DNA of 64,000 bases, from the NCBI GenBank assembly GCA_004431415.1, contig QPMI01000632.1, forward strand, positions 124,001 to 188,000. The letters are read 5' to 3'. Shown here in pieces: positions 25,217 through 35,000 of this stretch. Made by a program: the position numbers and the translations under genes. This DNA is from Cyanophora paradoxa CCMP329 (Eukaryota; Plantae; Glaucophyta). Within the stretch, counting starts at the first letter, position 1, and each line of letters begins with the position of its first letter. The notes under the pieces are model-generated. The model was not told the origin of the DNA, ran no database searches, and saw nothing but the letters and a program-made list of their open reading frames with translations.

Positions 25217-26742
25217 GAAGGCGAGGCCGGGGGGGGGACCGAGAAGGGGCGGGGGGAGGGGGGAAGATCTAGAGATGGAGAGAGAGAGGCTGACCATAAT
25301 CATGAAGAGGAGGGGAGTGGGAAGGGGGCCGGGAGGGGGGCACGCCGACGGGGGGGAGGCACGCCGACGGACGGGGGGGGGGGGGGGGGGGATGAAACTT
25401 GGAAGGTACGGAAGGTCTACAGCGAGCCTACAGCTTTCTATATAGGGGGAAGGCCGGACGAAGGGAGGAAGGCCTACGGCGCTAGGGGAAAAGGGCCGGG
25501 GCAGCATATATATATATACCTGCAGAGACCATCCGACTCCATGCTGGGGTCAAGATGTTGCAACATTACCTGCGACGGCCGCGGGGCCGCTGTGAGCCTT
25601 AAGCTTGCAGCGGCCGTCGCTGATTCCGCGCAGCAGATCTAGAGCGCGATTCGGCGCACCCGCTTCGCCCCCGGGTCGGTTTCACCGCCGATGCACGCGA
25701 GCACAGCAAGGACGTTGACGAGCCAGCGCCGCGCATGTCGATCCGACTGCTGCTGCATCTGCGCATGCGGCCTCTCTGCTGCTGCTGCTGCTGGTGCCTC
25801 GCTTGCAATTGCAATCGCTTCTGCAGCAGCTGCTGCGCGCCATTTGGTGAGCGCCATCTTCTGGGCCGCTTCCTCCGCTCGGGACTTGGTTGCTGCAGCT
25901 GCCGCCCTCTCGCGCAGCTCTTTCTCCTGCATTTTGTGCTCGAGAACCTCACATATCATCGACCGAAGGTCCCTCCAATCCTGCGGGAGGTCGCCTGCGG
26001 AATTCGAAGCTTAAGCTTAGCTATATATAGGCCGGAGGATGGGCGCTGGCCGCGCTGCGGCCGCGCGCGGCGCGGCGGCCGGCCGCGGCGCGCGACCGTC
26101 GGACGGTCCGCCGACGCGGCAGCTGAAATGCACCTGTTGGGGCGCTGCGCGACGACGCCTCGAGAGCTGACAGGTGCACCGCCATCCGCTGGCTGTGTGT
26201 GCCCTTCGCCAAGGTCTGCAAACGCACCTTTGCCACAGCGCTACCGCGCAGTCCTCCAAGCTGGCCATGGCCGACAGCTGTTCCCGCGCCTGCAGCTGCT
26301 CTAAAGCCAGATCGATCCATCCAACCTGCAGCTATGTACTACGGTATACGTATGTGCACGTGTGGGCCGATGTCTAGATCTGCTCCCTTCGCGCGATCGC
26401 GATCGATCAAGCAGCTCAGCAGCTGACCGGCGAGGCTAGAGCCTGAGGCTGCAGGCTAGCGCTGCGCATGCAGCTCAGCGGCTGCCAGCCTGGCAGCTGC
26501 AGCCTGCAGGCTGCAGCTGCTTGAAGCTTCGATCGCGCATGCATATGCAAACATGCCAGCTGCAGGCTGCTTGGGGTACAGGTACTTCGGCGTCGACTCT
26601 ATTCCGCACGTGCACGTGTTCCGGATCCGGTCCGGGTCCGACTGGACTCAGCTAGCGCTTCTGCAGCCTGGCAGGCTGCAGCGCGACTCATGCATGATCA
26701 GCTTCTGCAGCTTATAATTAATTATATATGCTTCGAATTCTT

Positions 26743-29700
26743 CCTCGCAGCGCGCAGACTCTCTGAGAAGTTCGAGCGCCCCAACGCCGATCGCATCGTG
26801 CGCCGCGCCCGCGCGCTTTCTTCCTGTGCGTACGCGCTTCTCTGAGTCAACGTCAGCTTCTGCAGCGCGAATGGCGTCGACGAGGCGGCGCTTGGAGCGA
26901 CGTCCCCATTCGAAGCAGCTGCAGGTCTCGGGGGCGCCGGCGCAGCTGCGCATGCACTTGCACCCTCGAGCTCCATGGGATCGAGTTCGAATTTTTCTGC
27001 GGAGGCGCGCGCTGGATCATACTGGAGCACGAGCGCGCCCTCCAGCTCTCCTCAGCAGCCGCCCGGCCTCGCCAGCCCCGTGGCTGGCTCGCAGCCTGCC
27101 TCGGGCGCCGGCGCGTCGAGCTGCAGTCCGGCCAGCGCGAGCGCGAGCGCGAGCTCGACGATCCATGGCCAGCGGGCCCTCGCGATCGCCGGCCCTGAGC
27201 GCGCCCTGAGCGCCGAGCGACGCCGCGCCGCGGCTGCAGACGTGCTGCGCGAAGTCCTCGCGCCGCGGGCACCCGGGCCGTTGCCCCTGCAGCTGCCGCT
27301 CTCCGAGCGCGCCGGCGCCGACGGCGCCCACCCCGCACCCGCCGCGGCGGACGACAGCAGCGCGCCGAATTCGAAGCCGGCGAAGGAGAAGGGCGCAGTC
27401 AGCGGCGGCGGCGACGGCTGGGCGGGTTCGAGAGACGGCACCGCAGACGCTCTGTCGCGGCCTCCGGATCCGCTGGAGGGCGCCGCGATCGTGAGCTCGA
27501 GCGACGGCGAGGAGGACGCGGAGGGGAGCGACGAGGCCCGCCCGCCCGCCGGCCGCCACTCGCGCCCCCTGTGGCTGACGCCGCGCAGGGACCGGATCCG
27601 GAGCGGGTGCTGGCGGAGATCGAGGAGGAGATCGCGGCGGCCGCGCAGGCCGGCTCTGGGGCGCCGGCCCCTTCGGGAGACGACTGCCTCGGGTCCTGCC
27701 CGCGCCTCGAGCTCGGCGCCGTGCGCCCCTTCCTCTGGACCCAAGACCCCTCTCTGAACAGGGGCGCAGGCGCCGCCGCCGGCGAGGGCGCCGCGCGAGC
27801 AGCTGGAGCCGGGGCCGGGCCCCGGAGGCGGCACGGCGGTCCCCGTCCTCGCCCCCTGTTCAGCGGGCTCCGCCCCGCCCGGGCCCTCGGCCACGGCAGC
27901 CGCTGACGAGCTGCTGGCGAGCGGGGGCGCCGCGGCCCATGGCCACGCGCACGCCCCGCGCGCCCTCGCCGACCCCTCCCCGCCCGAGGCCCGCCCCGCC
28001 GCCCCTCCCTCGAGCGATCGCTTGAGCCTTACCGGAACGGCCGCAGGCGGCAATCGCAGGCTTCGCGGAGGGCCCGAGCGCCGCCCCGCTCCCGCCGCTG
28101 CCCCTCGCTTCGAGCGCGGCGGCGCCGGGGACGGGACCCGCGGCGGCGGCCAGGACGCCTCCCTCGGCAGAGCGCGGCGCTGTGCTCCTCGGGCGCATCG
28201 CCGCCGTCCTCGGGCAGCCCCTCCGCGAGGCCCGCACCCCGCCCGCCGCCCCGCCCCGCCCCGCCCGCCCTCGTGGTGATCGGCGTCCTCGCAGGTGGCG
28301 GCGGAGATGCGGGCGTGCGGGCCCGAGCGCCGCAGAGGCTGCTGACCCTTGCCCGCTGCCCCTCGGGCCCCTCCGGCGCTCCCCAAGCGGCCGCGGGGCC
28401 GGGGCCGGCCCGGACCGCGGCGCCCGCGGGCGCCGACAGCCCGATCGTGATCGACAGCGACGTGGAAGAGGGCGAAGAGATAGAAGGCGGGCGGGAGCCG
28501 AGCGGGCGCTGCCAAGGGGACAGAGAAGAAGAGCCGAGGCCGTGGGAGCCGGAGCCGGACGGGCTCGTCATGTTCCGGGTGCCGCCCGGCGGGGGCGCGG
28601 GGGACCCCGACGCGCGGGACCGCTCCCTGGCGGACTTTCTCGCCCGCAACCGCCCCTCGCGCCTCACGCAGGCCTACGCCCACTGGATCTACGTGCGTGC
28701 GCCCCGCCTCGCGGCCGGTTCGCGTTTGGCCAAGGCTGGGCGGCAGGTGCATCGGATGGACGCACGGGCGGCGGAGGGCGAGCCCGAGCTCCGCCTCAAG
28801 ATCCAGATCGCAGAGGCCGAGTTCGAGGCCATGTGCGCCGCCGGGTGCGCCGGGTGCGTTCGAGGCTCCCCCCGGATCCAGAGACTTCCCACGGAAGCGC
28901 GCCGGGGCGCGCCGGGGCGCGCCGGGGCGCGCAGGGCGGTGGCGGTGGAGGGGCTGAAGGCGCTGCAGCTGGCGGCTTTCTCGGGCCTCCGCACCGGCAA
29001 GTGGGTCATCTGGGCCCCCACCCGCTACGCGCGCCCCACCCTCCCCCGCCCCGGGGTGCGCGCCCTGATAGCCGAGGCCGGCGGGCGGCGCTGGCGCGCT
29101 CGCAGATTGACGATAACTGGGAGAGGGTGGCGGGGGCGGTGGCCCGGGGCGAGCTTGGCCCGTCTGCCAAGGTCGCCCCGCGCCCCGCCGACGTCGACGG
29201 CCAGACGCTGCGTGCGTCGGGGCCCAGGCCCCGCTCTAGACCTCCCGCCGGCCACGGGCCGGCCAGCCGGCGGTTGCTGACCGCGCGCGCGCCGCCCGGC
29301 CCTAGGGTATCACGCACACGTGATGTGCGTCTACACGCCCGACCTCTTCGACCAGGCCGAGGTCGTTCGCGTCCGCGAGGCCCGCCCTGCCCAGCCGCCC
29401 CGCCCCGCCCCGCCCTGGCTTGCTTGCTTGACGGGGGCGCCCGGGGTGCCGGTCCGCCGCGCGTCTGTGTGTGTGCAGGCCCTCCGCGCCCTCGGCTTCC
29501 AGAGGAAGCTCGTGTACAAGGCGCGCCCCGCCCCTGCAGCTGGGCCTGGGCCTGGGCCCCCTGCACTGCTCCGTCTCCACCACAAATAGCTGACCCGACC
29601 CCTGCCCCATGGCCAGCCCCCTCCCTTATATTCTAAAACGCGTACCCCGCATCCGGATCCCCTTCCGTCAAATTTAACCCGTACCACGCAGCCGGACCTG

Positions 29701-29766
29701 TACAACTACCTGGACATCGAGCGGGGCAACCGCTGGGGGATCCCCATGGCGATATATTCCCTCTAA
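26743..29766 (+). CDS. DUF1917/UPF0696 protein, copy 2 (direct duplicate of 18717-21718 lacking the first ~176 nt including the ATG; may use another first exon or be a young pseudogene)
   Basis: About 3 kb of colinear homology including introns, with the same C-terminal exons and a stop at 29764-29766. Several differences in the conserved domain are synonymous. Confidence 0.65.
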
Positions 29767-29788
29767 TTTCGAATATTAATGCTTGTCT

Positions 29789-29975
29789 TCTGTTTTTGGT
29801 GAATTACCGGCCACAGTTTCTGACACCAGCTGGCAGCCGCTAAGCACTGCGGGAGCTGCCCAGGCCCCAGGGGGCACAGAGACAACATGTACAGCTGCAG
29901 AATCAAAATAACTAAGACAAGAGTACGAAGCTTAAGAACGACAAGACGAAGCTTAATTATATAAGAGCCAATTGC
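29789..29975 (-). mobile_element. 3' end of a non-LTR (LINE/SINE-like) dispersed repeat with an A-rich tail
   Basis: The plus strand begins TGTTTTTGGTGAATTACCGGCCACAG and shares about 190 bp with 31012-31220. Sequence to the left of the T-tract differs between copies. Confidence 0.5.
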
Positions 29976-30631
29976 AAAACCGACAATTAAAAAAGAAAGA
30001 CTCAGATGTAGAGACGATCTACCGTCACGGCGTATTACTATATAGCTACTAGAGACTACTAGTACCGGTACTACTACGGATCTAGACTTCATGATCAGAG
30101 ACAGCCAGCTGCAGCTGGCAGATCTAGAAGAGTGTTCGAGAGACGGGTACGGCCGCCGGCTTTCGCGATCGACAAGGAAACGGGAGAAAATACTAGGTCT
30201 TCGACTCGCCCCCGCCCCGGGCCCCCTGCTCGTTTCAGGATGTCCAAGGTGGGGTCTAAATAAACAGAGACGGCAGTTGCAGGCTGCAGCTAGCGCTCGC
30301 TAGGCGGCGTAGGCCTGGGCCCGAGGCCGCTCGAAATTGAAGTGGAATAAAAAGCCCTCTCGCATCGCTGTCGGAGCCTGTCGCCCGCCGAGTCTACGCC
30401 CCGCCCGGCCCGGCGAACCGCGCAGCCACCCGCCGCGCCTCCGGACCCGCCGGCGCGCCCCGCCCGTCGAGCCGCGGCGCCGCCGGCCGGCCGCGCCTCA
30501 TGATCAGCCCCGCCCGGCGTCTGCATCTGCATAGCGCATAGCGCCGGCGCTATCGCTAGATCTAGATCTAGATCCAGTTCGCATCCCGCGCGCTACGCAA
30601 GCTGCAACCGCGCGCCTCGCTGGCATGGTCT

Positions 30632-30734
30632 AGCGCGCGGCATATATACCGGCGGGCGACGGCGCGCGACCGCGGGCGATGGCGCGCGCGGGGGCATATA
30701 TATATACCGGCGGGCGACGGCGCGCGGCCGCGGG
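30632..30734. repeat. Short tandem duplication (2 units of about 50 bp)
   Basis: GCGCGCGG..GCATATATA(TATA)CCGGCGGGCGACGGCGCGCG(A/G)CCGCGGGC occurs twice. Confidence 0.8.
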
Positions 30735-31011
30735 CTGCGCGCTTGCCGGCTGCTGGCATGAGCGCAAGCCGGCTGGGCTACAGCAAAACAACCCGACGGA
30801 AAAAAGACTGGAAAAAAGCACAGTGTTGATTCACTGTTGAATCGACAGCGATGGGGGTCGAATCGGTGCAGACGAAAGTGCTTCAAAACGGATTTGGTAC
30901 TGGTTCAGAGGGTTGTTTTTATCGTGTGAAACACTCTTGAACCCAGTACGGTGGCAGTACCCTGATATCGATAGGAAATTAGGAATCCGGATCCGGATCC
31001 GGCGCTGCAGG

Positions 31012-31220
31012 CTTTGTTTTTTGGTGAATTACCGGCCAGTTGGCGGCCACAGCCTCTAGACACCAGCAGTACTAGACTACTAGTGGTCCAGACCGTGATC
31101 GGACCGTCCAGCACTGCGGGGGCTGCCCAGGGGGCATATGCATATACAACAAAGAGGACGACTGAAATAAGAAAACTAAGGCAAAAGCACTAAAAGCAAG
31201 AAGACAAAGAGCCAAATGCC
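31012..31220 (-). mobile_element. Second copy of the non-LTR-like 3' end
   Basis: TTTGTTTTTTGGTGAATTACCGGCCA...GCACTGCGGG.GCTGCCCAGG...AACTAAG.CAA...AGAGCCAA matches 29789-29975. Confidence 0.5.
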
Positions 31221-32088
31221 GCTTTGAAATGCGCCGCAGCCGCGCTGGCCATGGCCCCGGGGGCCGGGGCCCGCGCATGCGCATGATGATGCCATGATGA
31301 TGCGCGCATGCGCCGGCGCGCTGCGCCGCATCATGGCCCGCATGCGCAGGCCCGCAGGCTCCGCAGGCTCCGCAGCCTGCGCGTACTACGGTACATGCAT
31401 GCGGGCCGTGATGCGGCCCGACGTCGACGATGCGGGCCGCGGGCCGCGGCGCCGGCGGCGGGCCGCCGCCACTGAGCGCAGCATATATGTGACATGCCAC
31501 ATTGTCGACGGACGTCACCGCCTGCAGCTGCAGGCTGCAGCAGCCTGAGGCACGAGCCGCACGACGTGCACGGTGAGGCATCTGCTTCATCGTGAGCTGC
31601 TTCTTCAAGGTAATCGCTATCGATATCCTTTCTCCGTCGGCGCCCGGCCTAGGCCTGCCGCAGTGCATGCGCAGCTGCAGCCGCTGTCCCCGCGGATATT
31701 GCATGAACGCGTTCGCGCGGGCGTGCCTCTAGATACTGCAGCTGGAGGCTGGAGCGGCGGCGGCCGCGGTCTTGGCCTAGCCCACTGCAGCTGTGCACTG
31801 CCGCAGTGCGGCACGTGACACGTACGGTACAGCTCGCAGTCGCATCTCCGACTCGCATGGACAGGAAAGAAGCACAGATCTAGAAGCATATATATACAGC
31901 TGCAGCGATGGCCGGACGTCGACGCGGCCGCGGGGCGGGCCCGTGGACAGCTGCATGCGCAGTGCACGTGGACGTCGCGGGAAATATCCTGCAGCTGCAG
32001 CTGCGCATGCTGCGCATGCATATGCGGGTTTACTAAGCTTAAGTTAGGTTTGGCTGAGGAGCCCGAGTGTTCAAATCAATTGCTATCG

Positions 32089-35000
32089 ATGGACGAGGAT
32101 CCCACGCGCACGATACTCGTTGTCGGCCTGGACGACGACGTCGACCGGTCGCCCCTCACGATCATGGCGCACGCCGAAAGTGACGATCAGCCGCCGCCTC
32201 CGGCGCCGCCCGCGGCCCTGGCCGCCGCAGCTGCAGCTGCAGGCCCTGCGATGGCCGCCGCGTGCGCCGCGTTCTGCCCTCGGTGCGCATGCGCCGCGTT
32301 CTCGCGCATGTTTGTCCTGCCCTAGGCCTCCAGTGACATCGGCGGTGCACTTGCGTGGCCGGGCGGCGCAGGCTGGTGCTCTCGCACTGCCGGGGCGCGC
32401 GGCTGCGGGGGACGTGCCACGCGGTGGCGGCGCTGCTCGACCTGGCCGGCTTCAGCGACCTCGTGCAGCGGGCCGGCGCCGGCGAGAGCGACATGGAGCA
32501 GGTCTTCGACGCCATCAACAGCTGCTTCCGCGCCGAGATCGACCTCCTCGAAGGCCCGCCCGCCCCGCCCGGCCCCGCCCTGGCCCCCCGCCCCCCCCCC
32601 CCCCCCCCGCCCCTCCCCCCCCCCTCCCCCCCCGCCCTTGCCCTCGCGCGGGCCTCACCCCCCGCAGAGTACGGCGCCGATGTCCTCTCCTTCCTCGGGG
32701 ACGGCCTCCTCGGTCCGTTCCGGGCTGCCCCGCCGCGCCCCGGGCCCGCGCCACCCCACCCCCCACCCAGCAAGCCATAAGCCATCCCGACCGCAGCGAT
32801 CTGGCCCGTCGAGCCGTACGAGGCTGGATCCGGGGCTGGGGCGGAGAGGCTGCCCTGCGTCGCGGAGGAGGAGCTGGAAGGGGACAGCGACGACGAGGAG
32901 GGGCGGCTCGCGTCGGCCCTCGCCCTGCGCGCCGCCGCCGCCGCCGAGTGTGCCCTGCGGGTGCGCCGTTCGACCTTTTTCGCACGCGCGCGTTCGCCAG
33001 TTCTGCGAGCGCGGACGCAGGTGCAGGAGCGCTTCGCGGCGGGTGTGGCCGGGGGCATGAGGCTGCGGGTCGCCCTCGCCGCGGGGCCCCTGCGGCTCCA
33101 CGTCGGCGGCATCGGCGGCCCGGCGCCCCCGGACGGCCGCCCCGCCTCGCTCCTCCGCATCTCCGAGAGCCACGGCCAGTTGCAAGAAGGACCCCCTCAG
33201 GCCGGCCTCCGGAACCCGGACGGCTCGCCCGTGCCCGGGTGCGCCCGCCGCGCAGCTGCTGCCGCGGCTTAGCCTGCTCCGAGACTGAGCGTCGGCGGCG
33301 GGGCCAGGCGGATGGTGTTCTTCGTGAAGGGCGCGGCGGTGACCGAGGCCGGTGACGCCCTCGCCGACATCGCCCCGGGGTCCGCCCCGCCGGCCCTCCG
33401 ACCCGACCCGGTCCTGGCTTCAATTTACGCCGCTGATGTTTACCGGGCCCGGCAGGCAAGTGTGCCTCTGCCCGTCGCTGCTGGAGCACATCCCGCGGTC
33501 GGCGCTGGTCGTCCCCACCCGCAGCATGCGGCGTGAGGCGTCCCGGCGGGAGGTCCTGCAGCGGGAGGCGGCGGGCAAGTCCGCCCGGCGCCTCTCGGGG
33601 CACCCGACGGCCCTGCTCGCCGGCGCCAGCTCCGCCTCCTTCAGCATGTCTCTCAGCGGCCCCGGGGCTGAGGCGCTGGGCGCGACGACGCTGACGGGCA
33701 GCCGCAGCGCGCGGCTCGGGTCGCGATCGAAATCGACCGCCGACCTGCAGCTGCCGACTGCGACCGCCTCCGGATCCTCCCGCGCGCTGCCCCTTGTCGT
33801 CGACCCGTCGGCGGGGACGCCCCTCGCCGACTACTGCCGCACCGTCCTTGGCGTCCCCTCCGGTCCGCCTCGCCTGCGATTAAAATATTGCCCGCTCCGC
33901 GTCGTAGCCCCTCGGCCTCTGCGCGCTGCTGAAGGGCAGCAGGGAGCCTGGCGGGGCGGCTGCGGGAGCCGGCGCCGCCGCTGGAGACCCCCGAGCAACT
34001 CGCCCTCGCCTCCCTCTTCGTCCCTTACACTGCGTGCCCCGGCCCCTGCTCAACATTGAGCACTGCAGCCGGCGGCACGGCTGACAGCGGCCGCCCGGCG
34101 CGCCGCGCCGTATGCGCAGGTGCGGGCACGGCTGGACCAGATCGCCGGCCTCGGCGCCGTCGACCCCGCCCGCTACCTCGCCGAGTTCCGCCCCGTGCGC
34201 TCCGCCCGCCGCCGCCGCTGCCCGGCCCGCCCCGCCCGCCCCGCGAAATGCGAGCTCGAAGGTCTCCGTCCTCTTCGGCTCGCTGGAGCTGCGGGGCGAG
34301 GGCGACGAGGCGGCCGAGGGCGCCGGCCCGCGCGCCGTCCAGCGGGCGGTGCGGACGGTGCAGGCGCTGCTCTACGCCCACGAGGGCTCCCTCCGCCAGA
34401 TCGTCCTCGACGGTCCGCGCGCCCGCCCGGCCCGCCCCGCCCCGCCAGCGGCGCCGCCCCCGACGCTGAGCGCTTTCCCGCTTAGACAAGGGGCTGGTCG
34501 TGATCGGGGTCTTTGGCTTGTACCCCATCTCCCACGAGGGTGCGCCGATTCCAGCTGCAAAATCTCTCTTTCGCGCCCCCGAATTTTGCCCTTGAGCTTC
34601 CAATGCAACTCGTGATTGCTGGATTGGAGGGATCTCACTCACCTCTTCCTCCCTTCCCCAGACGACACGGGGCGGTGCGCGGCGTGCGCGCTGGACGTGC
34701 GGGAGGCGATGGAGGCGGCCGGCGTCGGCTGCGCCCTCGGCCTCGCCACCGGCCCCGCCTTCTGCGCCTTCGTCGGCGACCCCGCCACCCGCTGGTGACC
34801 CCGCCCCGCCCCGCCGGCGTTCTGTCTTTCTGGAAGCCGGCGCCGCAGCGAGTTCTCGGTCTTCGGGAACGCGGTGAACCGGGCGGCGCGGCTGATGGGC
34901 AAGGCCGGCCTCTCCGGCGCCGGCATCCTCGCCGACGGCGAGACGCGCGCTGCCGCGTGCGCCCCGCGCCGCCCCTCCGGTCCCCGTCTGCTCGCGCGGC

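Noticed and set aside
25639-25995. Coiled-coil-like minus-strand ORF (VLEHKMQEKELRERAAAA...)
   Set aside because: It is riddled with X-X'-X expansions and has no clear start or link to neighbouring exons. It may be a decayed exon but cannot be supported as a gene.
30530-32045. Dense restriction-site-like palindromes as a polylinker or synthetic artefact
   Set aside because: They follow the X-X'-X rule, occur across the whole window and differ between natural paralogs, and no vector sequence is present.
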